DNA of 64,000 nt, from NCBI RefSeq assembly GCF_947493595.1, contig NZ_CANLRL010000004.1:143201-207200 (forward strand). The letters run 5' to 3'. Both the position numbers and the translations under genes were made by a program. Origin of the DNA: an uncultured Shimia sp. (GTDB lineage Bacteria > Pseudomonadota > Alphaproteobacteria > Rhodobacterales > Rhodobacteraceae). Of the stretch, positions 27,488-38,111 are shown one piece after another; the first letter of the stretch is position 1, and each line of letters opens with the position of its first letter. A model generated the notes under the pieces. The model saw nothing but the letters and a program-made list of their open reading frames with translations, made no database searches and was not told the origin of the DNA.

Positions 27488-28882
27488 TCAGAGATACAGC
27501 ACCGAGGCGACTAGGAAGAAGATCAGCACCCCAAACACGTCGTTGGTCGTGGTGATGAAAATGCCGGTTGCCACGGCGGGATCGAGCCGTAGGGATTTCA
27601 AAACAAAAGGAATAACGGCGCCGATGGTGCCTGCGATGGTGGTCACAAGCGTAAGTGCACAGAGCGCGGTGAGGGCCAGATAGACTGGTGCGTGCAGCGG
27701 GATGAACAGGCTGACCAGCAGAACCATGAGCGCGGCGATGCTGCCGATTGAGAGCCCGTTGAGCATGGCGCCCAAAAGCTCGCGCAGGATGCGGCCGCCA
27801 AAGTCACCCTTCCAGTTCACACCGGAGGTGAGGGACTGCACAGACACGGTGGAGGCCTGAATGCCCGCGTTACCGGCGGTGGCCATAACCACAGGGATGA
27901 AGCTGGCGAGCACAGCGGCTTGGGCCAGCGCGTCCTCAAAGGAGCCAATCACACCGGCAGCAAAGCCCGCGCCGCCGAGGCCGCCAAGCAGCCAAGGCAG
28001 ACGTCGGCGCAAGATGGTGAGGGGGCTGTCAAACTGTGTCGTGGCTGGAGAGACTGAACCCATGCGCAGCATGTCTTCTTCGGCCTCTTCGCGGACAATT
28101 TCCGCCAGTTCGCGCGGGGAGATGCCGCCGACAAGTTTGCCGCTGCTGTCGATCACCCCGATGGCGTGCAGGTTCTTGGCGCGGGCCATGGAGAGGACGT
28201 CTTCGCGATCCCAGTCGGCGCTGACCAACAGAAGCTCCGGATGCAGGATGTCGCGCAGGATCACGGTGTCGCTCGCGGCGAGTACTTCACGAAAGCGCAG
28301 GAAGCCCAGCGGTTTGCGGGCGGTGTCCACCACAAACATCATATCGATTTTGGCGAGGTTCTGGCTGCGGGCACGGATGTCTTGAGTGAGCTGCGCCACG
28401 GTCCAATCTGCCGGGGCCATCAAAACGCCGAGGCGCATGACGGTGGCGGCGCTGTCATCGCGGGCTTGCAAAACGGCAGCGATGGCCTCGGCCTTTGGGT
28501 GCGCCGCGAGGAGTTGTGCGGCGAAACTGCGCGGCAGTTCGAGCAGCGTGTCGACGGCTTCATCCACATCCATCATGGCGATGATGTTGGAGAAGGTGGT
28601 GAGCGAGGTTTCCGAGAACAAAACGGCGCGCAGATCCGGGTCGAGTTCGGCCATGACCTTGAGGCCAAGCGCATCCGGGATCCAGTCAAACATCACGCGG
28701 GCACGAGCAGGGCGCAGGCGGGTGAGGGCGGCCAAGGTGTCAGCGGTGGGCCAGTTTTCGATTGCTTCGAGCAAGGCCGCTTTGTCGTCTGCCGCGATCC
28801 ACTGATCAAGCTGTCTTAGCAGCTTGCGGTTGGCCTGCTTGCCGTCCTCTGTTTGGTCGTCGTGCCAGATCATAGAGGGCAT
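27488..28882 (-). CDS. mgtE: Magnesium transporter MgtE
   Basis: N-domain, CBS pair, RRLPWL, FIPVVMATAGNAGIQ, LDPAVATG.FITTTNDV. Confidence 0.88.
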   Translation of the reverse strand: MPSMIWHDDQTEDGKQANRKLLRQLDQWIAADDKAALLEAIENWPTADTLAALTRLRPARARVMFDWIPDALGLKVMAELDPDLRAVLFSETSLTTFSNIIAMMDVDEAVDTLLELPRSFAAQLLAAHPKAEAIAAVLQARDDSAATVMRLGVLMAPADWTVAQLTQDIRARSQNLAKIDMMFVVDTARKPLGFLRFREVLAASDTVILRDILHPELLLVSADWDREDVLSMARAKNLHAIGVIDSSGKLVGGISPRELAEIVREEAEEDMLRMGSVSPATTQFDSPLTILRRRLPWLLGGLGGAGFAAGVIGSFEDALAQAAVLASFIPVVMATAGNAGIQASTVSVQSLTSGVNWKGDFGGRILRELLGAMLNGLSIGSIAALMVLLVSLFIPLHAPVYLALTALCALTLVTTIAGTIGAVIPFVLKSLRLDPAVATGIFITTTNDVFGVLIFFLVASVLYL

Positions 28883-28895
28883 GGCGGCGGGCCTT

Positions 28896-29459
28896 TTAGC
28901 TGGTGTACTTTGCGTCCAGAGCGGCGAGGTGGTGATCCACCAGCGCGGTTTCGTCTTTGGTCAGCACGCGATGACGCGGGTATTGCGGATCGGTGCGGTC
29001 ATGCAGGATAGGCGCGTCCCAACCGGTTGTTGTGGCAAAGAAATCCGCAACACCTTGCTCGCCAAACTCGTGCAGGTAGCCTTGCACAACCACGTCTAAG
29101 TAGCTGAGTAAGATCGGATGGCGCATGTCTGCGGGCAGGCCAATGTCGTGCCGCGCGGTGTAAACCGCGATCTCAATCGGATCGGTGATCGGGTGGGTGA
29201 CATTCGGGGTGCTGAGCATGCGGGTGTAGGCAAACTCACGGGCATCCAGAGCTTCCCAGTCATCGCCGGGCACATGTGCTATAATGCCGTCAATGGCGCA
29301 GGAGTCGTCTGGCACAGCGGTGAGAAACGCGATGGGGCGCAGGTCGGTGTGACACCACTGCCGCCGCCATCCGTTCAGGCGGGCAGGGTGCGCGTTCTCG
29401 TAAGAATGCGTGCTGTGGTTCACGAGGCTACCATAGCCAAAGAAGAAAGAGGCGGTCAT
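28896..29459 (-). CDS. Gamma-glutamylcyclotransferase (GGCT/ChaC-like) family protein
   Basis: FFGYGSLVN N-terminal motif; ALDAREFAY. Confidence 0.8.
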   Translation of the reverse strand: MTASFFFGYGSLVNHSTHSYENAHPARLNGWRRQWCHTDLRPIAFLTAVPDDSCAIDGIIAHVPGDDWEALDAREFAYTRMLSTPNVTHPITDPIEIAVYTARHDIGLPADMRHPILLSYLDVVVQGYLHEFGEQGVADFFATTTGWDAPILHDRTDPQYPRHRVLTKDETALVDHHLAALDAKYTS

Positions 29460-29479
29460 GTTTCCTGCCTACACGTGTG

Positions 29480-29493
29480 TTGATCCATGTCAA
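29480..29493. promoter_or_regulatory. FNR/CRP-type box
   Basis: TTGAT-CCAT-GTCAA, 9/10 match to TTGAT-N4-ATCAA, in the divergent GGCT/Rrf2 intergenic region. Confidence 0.65.
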
Positions 29494-29563
29494 TGCTATG
29501 CGTGGGCCCCTCTGGCACAAGTCGGCCACCCATCTGACCGTTGGGACGGACTGAGAGGAAAAA

Positions 29564-30019
29564 ATGCGGATTACCAAACGGACGAATATTGCCATTCGTG
29601 TGCTGATGTATTGTACAGCGCACCGTGGCCGCTTGGTGACCAAGCATGAAATTGCAGGCGTGTGTAACGCTTCGGAAAATCACCTCGCACAGGTCATTCA
29701 CCAGTTGGCGTTGATGAAAGTGCTGAGCACACAGCGTGGACGCAACGGTGGGCTGGAGTTGGCGCGAGAGCCAAAAGACATTGAGATTGGCGAGATTTTC
29801 CGTGCGATGGAGGCTTCCGTGCCTTTGGCGGAGTGCTTTGCCGATGTCGACAATTCTTGCCCGCTCGTTGAGGCATGTCGTCTGAAAGAGGCGCTGCGTG
29901 AGGCTGCTGAGGCGTTTTACGCCCGTCTGGATCAGGTCACTTTGGACTCTTTGGTCTGTGATAACACAGCGTTGTTGGGAATTTTGGCGCCTGATCCATG
30001 TGGTGCGAAGGCCGGGTGA
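29564..30019 (+). CDS. rirA: Rrf2-family Fe-S regulator, RirA-like
   Basis: MRITKRTNIAIRVLMYC (Asn8 and Cys17 as in RirA), RGRNGG wing, AECF-x5-CPLV-x2-C cluster motif. Confidence 0.65.
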   Translation: MRITKRTNIAIRVLMYCTAHRGRLVTKHEIAGVCNASENHLAQVIHQLALMKVLSTQRGRNGGLELAREPKDIEIGEIFRAMEASVPLAECFADVDNSCPLVEACRLKEALREAAEAFYARLDQVTLDSLVCDNTALLGILAPDPCGAKAG

Positions 30020-30059
30020 GGTCGGGGTGCCACCTTTTGCGGCCTGACTCCCCGAAGTG

Positions 30060-30446
30060 CTAGTGCCGGAAATCAACGCCGGACAACACCAGTCCAGCAC
30101 CAATCACTGTGCCCCAAAACAGAACCGCAACAATGGCCGCCCAGCGCCCTTTTGTGGAGGAGGGCCATCGTAAGGCCGCAAGCAGCAAAGTGCCAAGAAG
30201 TACCGCTGCGAGGATAACCAGAAGTTTTTCCGTCGCAGCGCCGGACGGCAGGGTATCGAGGTCTGGCAGGTCAAGGCCAAGATCATAGCGCATTTCCCAG
30301 ACCGCAAGCAGACCAATTGCAGAGATCAGCGCAACAATCAGAAGACCAAGGGCGCTGCGCGCTCGGCACAGCTGGATACCAGCGAACAGCGAAAGGCCGC
30401 CACCAATAAGCGGACCAACAAAGATGATCAGAGCAAGCGCAAGCAT
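30060..30446 (-). CDS. Small membrane protein, about 4 TM, unknown function
   Basis: Hydrophobic segments throughout; start MLALALIIF preferred. Confidence 0.6.
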   Translation of the reverse strand: MLALALIIFVGPLIGGGLSLFAGIQLCRARSALGLLIVALISAIGLLAVWEMRYDLGLDLPDLDTLPSGAATEKLLVILAAVLLGTLLLAALRWPSSTKGRWAAIVAVLFWGTVIGAGLVLSGVDFRH

Positions 30447-30715
30447 AGGTGGTCCTTTTGTATCTGCATGTATCGTGTTTATTGATCTTGGGGTCGGAGG
30501 CAACCGTCGTTCTTGGCGGGAGGCCATGGTTGTCAATAAGTTTGTGTGAATGTGGTTTTGGGGGTGGCACTGCCTTGCCGCGATGGGGTCCGCCTGCGGT
30601 TGCTAGAATTTCGGGAATTTAGGCGAGCAATCTTCATTATAAGCATTGCTTATTGCGCGATAATTATGTGGAACATAGAGGCTTGTCAGATTTTGTTCTG
30701 CATACTACGGTGCAC

Positions 30716-30885
30716 GGCAAGGTGAATCGGGAGAACTGGACGATCCAGTGCCGAAGGAGCAACCGCCCCGGAAACTCTCAGGCCACAGGGACCGACCACC
30801 TAAGGAAACACACTCTGGAGAGTGGTGTCCGTCAGGGCGCCCGCCGAAGGGATAACGATCTCAGGCAATCGGACAGAGGGGGCAT
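30716..30885 (+). ncRNA. Tandem glycine riboswitch
   Basis: Two aptamers with GGAGA...CCGAAGGAGCAA...CTCTCAGG and CTCTGGAGAG...GCCGAAGGGATAAC...TCTCAGG...ACAGAG, directly upstream of gcvT. Confidence 0.93.
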
Positions 30886-30972
30886 CGCACGCGCGGACTA
30901 ATTGCGCGAAATTGGGATGCCGGATGTGACCTCCAGAACATGGACACGCCCGGAAAGAGAAGGGCGAGGCCT

Positions 30973-32097
30973 ATGGGAGAGCTGAAGCGCACACCGCTTT
31001 ATGATCTGCATATTGAGCTTGGTGCCAAGATGGTTGGGTTTGCGGGCTATGATATGCCTGTGCAATACCCGCTTGGCGTCATGAAGGAACACTTGCATTG
31101 CCGTGGGGCAGCTGGACTGTTTGACGTGAGTCACATGGGGCAGGTCGCGTTGCGGGCTGACGGCTATGAGGCTGCGGCAAAAGCGTTTGAAGCGCTTGTG
31201 CCACAAGACGTGATCGGCCTTGGCGCTGGGCGTCAGCGTTATGGTTTTTTCACCAATGACGCGGGCGGGATCGAAGACGATTTGATGTTTGCCAACCGTG
31301 GCGACCACTTGTTTGTGGTGGTGAATGCGGCCTGTAAAGAGGCCGATATTGCACGCATGACCGCGGCGTTGTCGCCTGATGTGACGGTTGAAGAGATCAC
31401 CGATCGCGCGCTGGTGGCGTTGCAAGGTCCGGCAGCGGAAACCGCGCTGGCGCGGCTGAACCCAGCTGTTGCAGACATGGCGTTTATGGATTTTATCGAA
31501 GTCGAGCTGGATGGCGTGGCCTGTTGGGTCAGCCGCTCGGGCTACACCGGTGAAGACGGCTATGAGATTTCCATTCCAGAGGCCGACGCGGAAGGTATTT
31601 GCCGCAAGTTGCTGGAGATGGAAGAAGTTGAGGGCATCGGCCTTGGTGCGCGCGACAGCCTGCGCTTGGAGGGTGGTCTTTGCCTTTATGGCAACGACAT
31701 TGATGCCACCACATCCCCAATTGAAGCGGCCTTGACCTGGGCGATCCAAAAGGTGCGGCGCGCGGATGGCGACCGTGCCGGTGGGTTCCCTGGCGCGGAC
31801 CGCATTTTTGGCGATCTGGCCGAAGGCGTGGCGCGCAAACGTGTGGGGCTGGCCCCAACCGGCCGCGCGCCGATGCGGGCAGGCACGCAGTTGTTTGCCG
31901 CAGCTGAAGGTGGCGAGCCGATTGGCGAAGTGACCTCGGGCGGCTTTGGCCCAACCTACGAAGGTCCGGTGGCCATGGGATATGTTGGCACGGCACAAGC
32001 CGTTGTCGGGACAGAAATTTTTGGTGAGGTACGCGGCAAACGCATGCCCGTGACCGTGGCGAAGATGCCGCTGGTACCCGCCAACTTCAAGCGTTGA
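30973..32097 (+). CDS. gcvT: Glycine cleavage system aminomethyltransferase T
   Basis: LKRTPLYDLH, FAGYDMPVQY, FDVSHMG, RSGYTGEDGYE, GLGARDSLRLEGG. Confidence 0.97.
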   Translation: MGELKRTPLYDLHIELGAKMVGFAGYDMPVQYPLGVMKEHLHCRGAAGLFDVSHMGQVALRADGYEAAAKAFEALVPQDVIGLGAGRQRYGFFTNDAGGIEDDLMFANRGDHLFVVVNAACKEADIARMTAALSPDVTVEEITDRALVALQGPAAETALARLNPAVADMAFMDFIEVELDGVACWVSRSGYTGEDGYEISIPEADAEGICRKLLEMEEVEGIGLGARDSLRLEGGLCLYGNDIDATTSPIEAALTWAIQKVRRADGDRAGGFPGADRIFGDLAEGVARKRVGLAPTGRAPMRAGTQLFAAAEGGEPIGEVTSGGFGPTYEGPVAMGYVGTAQAVVGTEIFGEVRGKRMPVTVAKMPLVPANFKR

Positions 32098-32115
32098 GCA
32101 ACAGGAGAGCAAGCA

Positions 32116-32475
32116 ATGAAATTTACCGAAGAGCACGAATGGCTGCGGGTTGAAGGCGATCTGGTGGTGGTTGGCATCACCGAGCACGCCAGCGAGCAAT
32201 TGGGCGACGTTGTGTTTATCGAGCTGCCGGAAGCGGGCACCGAAGTCACCAAAGACGAAGAAGTCTGTGTGATTGAATCCGTGAAAGCTGCGTCTGACAT
32301 TCTGGCGCCAATCGATGGCGAGATTGTCGAAGTGAACGAGCCGCTGGTGGATGAGCCGGGCAAAGTGAACGATGACCCCATGGAAGGCGCTTGGTTCTTC
32401 AAGATCAAGCCGTCCGATGCGTCCCAGATGGACGACTACATGGACGAGAACGCCTACAAAGACTTCATTGGGTAA
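32116..32475 (+). CDS. gcvH: Glycine cleavage system H protein
   Basis: HEWL, VGITEHA..QLGDVVF, IESVKAAS (lipoyl-Lys). Confidence 0.97.
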   Translation: MKFTEEHEWLRVEGDLVVVGITEHASEQLGDVVFIELPEAGTEVTKDEEVCVIESVKAASDILAPIDGEIVEVNEPLVDEPGKVNDDPMEGAWFFKIKPSDASQMDDYMDENAYKDFIG

Positions 32476-32622
32476 ACGCTTTTGCGTGCGCGGATCGTCT
32501 GATGGCGATCCGCGTGCCCTATGATCTTCAAGAGAGAATTATTGGTTTGGCTTTTCTGGCCGGACCGCAGTCTGACTTTTTCTTCGCCGCACCTGTTGCC
32601 GCGGATTGTTGAGGAGATGAAG

Positions 32623-35472
32623 ATGACCTTCAAACCCACCGACTATCTACCCTATGATTTTGCCAACCGCCGTCACATTGGCCCGTCTCCGGATGAGATG
32701 GATGCGATGCTTGAGGTGATTGGTGCCGAGAGCCTTGACGCTTTGGTCGCCGACACGATGCCGGAAAGCATCCGCCAGAAAGCGCCGTTGGATACTGGAC
32801 GCCCGATGTCGGAGCGCGAAGTGCTGCGCCACATGCGGGAAATTGCTGAAAAGAACGATGTGCTTACCAGCCTGATTGGTCAGGGGTACTATGGCACCGT
32901 GACGCCACCGGCAATTCAACGCAATATTTTGGAAAACCCAGCCTGGTACACAGCCTATACGCCGTATCAGCCTGAGATCTCGCAGGGCCGTCTTGAGGCG
33001 CTGTTGAACTATCAGACCATGATCAGCGATCTGACCGGTCTGGAAGTGGCCAACGCCTCTTTGCTGGATGAATCCACCGCCTGTGCCGAAGCCATGACCA
33101 TGGCGCAGCGGGTGTCCAAATCCAAAGTCAAAGCCTTCTTTGTGGATGAAAACTGCCACCCGCAGAACATTGGCGTGATGCAAACCCGCGCTGCGCCGCT
33201 GGGCATTGAAGTGATTGTTGGCAATCCGGATGATCTCGAGGCTGACAAAGTCTTTGGGGCGATCTTCCAATACCCCGGCACCCACGGGCATGTGCGTGAC
33301 TTCACTGCTGAAATTGAAGCGCTGCACGCCAACAAAGCGATTGGTGTTGTGGTGGCAGATCCGCTGGCGCTGACCCTGTTGAAAGAGCCGGGTGCTATGG
33401 GCGCCGACATTGCGGTGGGCAGCACCCAGCGTTTTGGCGTGCCTGTAGGATATGGTGGTCCACACGCCGCCTATATGAGCTGTAAAGATGCTTATAAGCG
33501 CTCCATGCCGGGCCGGATCATTGGTGTGTCAATTGATGCACAGGGCAACCGTGCCTACCGTCTGTCTTTGCAGACGCGTGAACAGCACATCCGCCGTGAG
33601 AAAGCCAACTCCAACGTCTGTACTGCACAGGCGCTGCTGGCGGTGATGGCGTCGATGTACGCTGTGTTCCACGGGCCAGAGGGCCTTCAGGCGATTGCGC
33701 AGCGCATTCATCGCAAGACCGCACGTCTGGCCAAAGGTCTGGAAGATGCGGGCTTTACCGTGGAGCCGGGCGTGTTTTTTGACACCATCACCGTGGATGT
33801 TGGCCTGTTGCAGCGCGGTGTGTTGCAGCACGCGGTGCAGGAGGGCATCAACCTGCGCAAAGTTGGCAAGACTAAAGTTGGTATCTCGCTGGATGAAACC
33901 GCCCGTCCGCAGACCATCGAAGCGGTTTGGCGTGCCTTTGGCATTGTGCAGGAAGACAACGACTACACGCCTGAGTATCGCCTGCCGGAGAAACTGCTGC
34001 GCGAGAGCAGCTATCTGGATCACCCGATTTTCCATATGAACCGGGCAGAAACCGAGATGATGCGTTACATGCGTCGTCTGGCAGACCGCGATCTGGCGCT
34101 GGACCGGGCAATGATCCCGCTGGGTTCTTGCACCATGAAGCTGAACGCCGCGGTGGAAATGATGCCGGTGAGCTGGGAAGAGTTCTCCAATATGCATCCG
34201 TTTGCACCCAAAGATCAGGTTGCAGGCTACACCCATATGATCGAAGATCTGAGCGACAAGCTGTGTCAGATCACCGGGTATGATGCGATTTCCATGCAGT
34301 CCAACTCGGGCGCGCAGGGTGAATATGCCGGTCTGTTGACCATTGCGGCCTATCACCGCTCACGTGGGGAAGAGCACCGCAATGTCTGTCTGATCCCAAT
34401 GAGTGCGCATGGCACCAATCCGGCGTCTGCGCAGATGGTGGGCTGGAAAGTGGTGGCGGTGAAAACCGCAGAGAACGGCGACATTGACGTGGAAGATTTC
34501 CGCGCCAAAGCAGAGAAGCACGCCGAGAACCTTGCAGGCTGCATGATCACCTACCCATCCACGCATGGTGTGTTTGAGGACACGGTGCATGAGGTCTGTG
34601 GCATCACCCATGAGTTTGGCGGTCAAGTTTACATCGACGGTGCCAACTTGAACGCGATGGTGGGCCTGTCCCGTCCGGGCGATCTGGGGGGGGATGTGAG
34701 CCACCTCAACCTGCACAAAACCTTCTGCATTCCGCATGGTGGTGGTGGCCCCGGCATGGGCCCCATTGGTGTAAAAGCGCACCTGACGCAGTACCTTCCG
34801 GGTCACCCGGAAACCGGTGGTCAGGAAGGGCCTGTTTCAGCGGCGCCGTTCGGTTCTCCGTCAATTTTGCCAATTAGCTGGGCTTATGTTCTGCTGATGG
34901 GCGGTGAAGGTCTGACCCAGGCGACACGTGTGGCGATCCTGAACGGCAACTACATTGCCAAGCGGCTCGAAGGGGCGTTTGACATCCTGTACAAAGGTCC
35001 AACCGGCCGTGTGGCGCATGAGTGTATCATCGACACCCGTCCGTTTGCCGACAGTGCTGGCGTGACCGTGGATGACATTGCCAAACGTCTGGTGGACAGC
35101 GGTTTCCACGCGCCCACCATGAGCTGGCCAGTGGCAGGCACGTTGATGATCGAGCCCACCGAGTCCGAGAACAAGGCGGAGCTGGATCGCTTCTGTGATG
35201 CGATGCTGTCCATTCGTGAGGAAATTCGCGACATCGAGGAAGGCCGGATTGATGCGGAAAACAACCCGCTGAAGCACGCGCCGCACACGATGGAAGACCT
35301 CGTGAAGGATTGGGACCGCCCATACACTCGCGAACAGGGGTGTTTCCCTCCAGGTGCGTTCCGTGTCGACAAGTACTGGCCACCGGTGAACCGTGTGGAC
35401 AACGCTTACGGCGACCGCAACTTGGTCTGCATCTGTCCGCCGATGGATGACTACGCCGACGCAGCGGAGTAA
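32623..35472 (+). CDS. gcvP: Glycine dehydrogenase (decarboxylating), P protein
   Basis: [31 protein letters not shown] (PLP Lys), MIEPTESE; GAGGAG RBS 6 nt before ATG 32623. Confidence 0.97.
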   Translation: MTFKPTDYLPYDFANRRHIGPSPDEMDAMLEVIGAESLDALVADTMPESIRQKAPLDTGRPMSEREVLRHMREIAEKNDVLTSLIGQGYYGTVTPPAIQRNILENPAWYTAYTPYQPEISQGRLEALLNYQTMISDLTGLEVANASLLDESTACAEAMTMAQRVSKSKVKAFFVDENCHPQNIGVMQTRAAPLGIEVIVGNPDDLEADKVFGAIFQYPGTHGHVRDFTAEIEALHANKAIGVVVADPLALTLLKEPGAMGADIAVGSTQRFGVPVGYGGPHAAYMSCKDAYKRSMPGRIIGVSIDAQGNRAYRLSLQTREQHIRREKANSNVCTAQALLAVMASMYAVFHGPEGLQAIAQRIHRKTARLAKGLEDAGFTVEPGVFFDTITVDVGLLQRGVLQHAVQEGINLRKVGKTKVGISLDETARPQTIEAVWRAFGIVQEDNDYTPEYRLPEKLLRESSYLDHPIFHMNRAETEMMRYMRRLADRDLALDRAMIPLGSCTMKLNAAVEMMPVSWEEFSNMHPFAPKDQVAGYTHMIEDLSDKLCQITGYDAISMQSNSGAQGEYAGLLTIAAYHRSRGEEHRNVCLIPMSAHGTNPASAQMVGWKVVAVKTAENGDIDVEDFRAKAEKHAENLAGCMITYPSTHGVFEDTVHEVCGITHEFGGQVYIDGANLNAMVGLSRPGDLGGDVSHLNLHKTFCIPHGGGGPGMGPIGVKAHLTQYLPGHPETGGQEGPVSAAPFGSPSILPISWAYVLLMGGEGLTQATRVAILNGNYIAKRLEGAFDILYKGPTGRVAHECIIDTRPFADSAGVTVDDIAKRLVDSGFHAPTMSWPVAGTLMIEPTESENKAELDRFCDAMLSIREEIRDIEEGRIDAENNPLKHAPHTMEDLVKDWDRPYTREQGCFPPGAFRVDKYWPPVNRVDNAYGDRNLVCICPPMDDYADAAE

Positions 35473-35490
35473 ATCTCTGGTTTGGGGGAG

Positions 35491-35552
35491 GGGGCCAGCC
35501 CCCTCGCTTGCCAAGGCAAGCACACCCCTGAGATATTTGAAGAATGAGAAAG
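35491..35552 (+). repeat. Short intergenic repeat element, copy B
   Basis: GGGGCCAGCCCCC, GCTTGCC-AA-GGCAAGC hairpin, CCCCTGAGATATTTGAAGAATGAGAAAG. Confidence 0.55.
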
Positions 35553-35574
35553 CCGGGTTTGCGCCCGGCTTTTT
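35549..35574. terminator. Intrinsic terminator after gcvP (shared with the convergent permease)
   Basis: AAAGCCGGG-TTTGCG-CCCGGCTTTTT. Confidence 0.85.
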
Positions 35575-35585
35575 CTGTTGAGGAG

Positions 35586-38111
35586 TTAGTCGCGGGCGCG
35601 CAGGATTTGTGCGGGGCGGTTGGCCAAGGAAGGCAGCGCGAAGACCATGCCTGCCAGGAGATTGGCCAGAATGCCTGCGGATAAGATCAGCAGCGCGTTG
35701 GGCCAGATCACGTAGAAGTCGCTTTCCATGACAAAGGTCATCACCGCCCAGCCGCCGGTGAGACCGACAGCGAGCGCCACAGCGCCAGCCGCAGCACCGA
35801 GGAGCGCGGCGCGCCAGGCAAAGCTGCGTAGGACCTGCACGCGTGTGGCGCCGAGAGTTTTGAGGATCGCTGCCTCATAGGTGCGGGCAGCTTGGCCCGC
35901 AGCGGCGGCGCCAAAGATCACCAGTAGTCCCGTGAGCAGGATGGTCGACGCGCCATAGGTGGTGGCATTGGCGAGCTGTGCGACGAGGCTGGAGACCTGC
36001 TGGGCAGCGTCGCGCACGTGGATGGCCGTGACATTGGGGTATTGCTCGGAGACATCCTTGAGCAGGGTCGCTTCGCTCTCGGCATCGGCATAAACCGTAG
36101 CGATGAAGCTGTGTGGCGCGCCAGCCAGCGCGGCTTCGTTCATCACAATCACAAAACCCATGCCCGCGGAGGAGAAATCTACGTCGCGGAAGCTGGTGAC
36201 CGTGCCGGTGATGTCACGGCCCAGGATATTGATGGTCAGCGAGTCACCCAGATTGAGGCCCATCTCAAGGGCTTCCTCTTCGGCAAAGCTGATCTGAGGT
36301 TCACCTGCATGGTCCGGATCCCACCATGTGCCAGCGGTCAGCTTGGTGTCCTCTGGCATGGCACCGGCGTAGGTCACGCCGCGGTCGCCGCGAATGACCC
36401 AATGGTCGCCTGCAACCTCTTTGGCGGGTTGGTCGTTGATGCGGGTGACCACGCCGCGCAGCATGGGGGCGGTTTCGACGTTGTGGATGGTGGGTGTGGC
36501 GTCCCAATCGGCTTGTAGTTCCGGCATTTGATCGCGCTGGATGTCGACAAAGAAAAACGACGGGGCCACGTCTGGCAGATCGCGGGCAATGGCGTTGCGC
36601 AGGTTGCCGTCGACTTGACCGACAGTGGCAAGCACGCTGAGACCAAGGCCGAGGGAGAGCACCACAGGTGTGGTGGCGTCACCAGCGCGGCCAAGGGATT
36701 GCACGGCCCAACGGAGTTCAGGGCGCAGCCGCATGCGGGTGGCGAGGCGGCGCAGAAGTGCGCGCAGGCCGGTGGCGGCAAAGGTAAGCGCGATCATGGC
36801 GATTATCACGCCGCCAGCAAACCAGAGTGTCAGTCGAGGGGAGCCAGAAAGCCAGCTGGCAAGACCCAAAAGGAGCGCGATCAGCAGGCCGACCACAAAG
36901 ATGTAGCGCGCGGCGGGCAAATGGCGGTTTTCCCCCAGTTGGTCGCGGAAGAGAGCACTTGGACGGACGTTTTCGACGCGGGCCAGGGGCCAAAGGGTGA
37001 AAATAGCAGCAGCGAGCGCGCCATAGAGGGCGGCCTCGATCAGGGGGATCGGATAGAGACTGAAGTTCGCGGGGAACGGCAAGACCGACTCGATCACCGG
37101 GCCCAACAGGATCGGGAGGAGCGCGCCTAGGGCAAGACCAAGAGCGATACCAACAAGAGAAACAAAGCCGATTTGCAGGAAGTAGCTGAGGAAGATCACA
37201 CGGCGCTCAGCGCCAAGGCTGCGCAGTGTGGCGATGGTCTCGGTTTTACGCGACAGGTACGCGCGAATGGCGGTGGAGATGCCCACGCCACCCACGGCAA
37301 GCCCTGCGAGCCCCACGAGGATCAGGAAGGCGCCAAAACGTTCTACAAAGCGGGTGATGCCGGGCGCGCCGTTGCGGCTGTCGCGCCAGCGCATGCCGGT
37401 GCTTTCAAATTTTGCGCGGGCGTCGGCTTCGAGCGCCGCGAGGTCTGGATTGGGCGGCAGGTCGAGACGATAGTGGCTGGTGAAGAGCGTGCCAGACGCC
37501 AGCAGGCCGCTGTTGGCGAGGTCTTCGGTGCGGACAAACGCGCGCGGTGCAAAGTTGAAGCCGTCTGCGGTGTCGGGTTCACGATCCAAGCGGGCGGTGA
37601 GGATGAATTCTTGGGTTCCGAGCTGGAAGGTGTCGCCGATATTGAGAGACAAGCGGTCCGCCAAAAGGCCGTGCAGGACCGCGCCGGGTAGGGTGCCGGA
37701 TCCAGCCAGCGCGTCTTGCCATGGGATGTCCGGTGAGATGTCGACATTACCGACAAGGGGATAAGCATTATCGACGGCTTTGACTTGTGCCAATGCGCGT
37801 TCGGCATCGTCTTTGCGGGGGACAACCACCATAGAACGGAAGTCGATGATTTCGGACGTGGCTTCCGCGTTTTCTACTGTCCACGCCAGCTCTTCGTCTG
37901 TGGCACGACGATAGGTGAAGCTCATTTCGGCATCGCCGCCCAAGAGCGTGGCGCCTTCAGAGGCAAGGCCGGTTTGGATGGCGCTGCGGACGGAGCCGAT
38001 GGCGGCGATGGTGGCCACGCCAAGGATCAGGCAGGCAAGAAAGACGGCGAAACCGCGCAGGCCGCCGCGGATTTCACGGCGGGCGATGCGCGTGGCAGCG
38101 GTCAGGCTCAT
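35586..38111 (-). CDS. FtsX/MacB-like ABC permease (YbbP family)
   Basis: Duplicated FtsX architecture; LLGGDAE, PDVAPSFFFVDIQ, REAAILKTLGA-like motifs. Confidence 0.85.
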   Translation of the reverse strand: MSLTAATRIARREIRGGLRGFAVFLACLILGVATIAAIGSVRSAIQTGLASEGATLLGGDAEMSFTYRRATDEELAWTVENAEATSEIIDFRSMVVVPRKDDAERALAQVKAVDNAYPLVGNVDISPDIPWQDALAGSGTLPGAVLHGLLADRLSLNIGDTFQLGTQEFILTARLDREPDTADGFNFAPRAFVRTEDLANSGLLASGTLFTSHYRLDLPPNPDLAALEADARAKFESTGMRWRDSRNGAPGITRFVERFGAFLILVGLAGLAVGGVGISTAIRAYLSRKTETIATLRSLGAERRVIFLSYFLQIGFVSLVGIALGLALGALLPILLGPVIESVLPFPANFSLYPIPLIEAALYGALAAAIFTLWPLARVENVRPSALFRDQLGENRHLPAARYIFVVGLLIALLLGLASWLSGSPRLTLWFAGGVIIAMIALTFAATGLRALLRRLATRMRLRPELRWAVQSLGRAGDATTPVVLSLGLGLSVLATVGQVDGNLRNAIARDLPDVAPSFFFVDIQRDQMPELQADWDATPTIHNVETAPMLRGVVTRINDQPAKEVAGDHWVIRGDRGVTYAGAMPEDTKLTAGTWWDPDHAGEPQISFAEEEALEMGLNLGDSLTINILGRDITGTVTSFRDVDFSSAGMGFVIVMNEAALAGAPHSFIATVYADAESEATLLKDVSEQYPNVTAIHVRDAAQQVSSLVAQLANATTYGASTILLTGLLVIFGAAAAGQAARTYEAAILKTLGATRVQVLRSFAWRAALLGAAAGAVALAVGLTGGWAVMTFVMESDFYVIWPNALLILSAGILANLLAGMVFALPSLANRPAQILRARD

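Noticed and set aside
30025-30582. GTGCCACC / GGTGGCAC inverted 8-mers flanking the small membrane gene as mobile-element ends
   Set aside because: Only 8 bp, neighbouring bases do not extend the match, and there is no target duplication or transposase.
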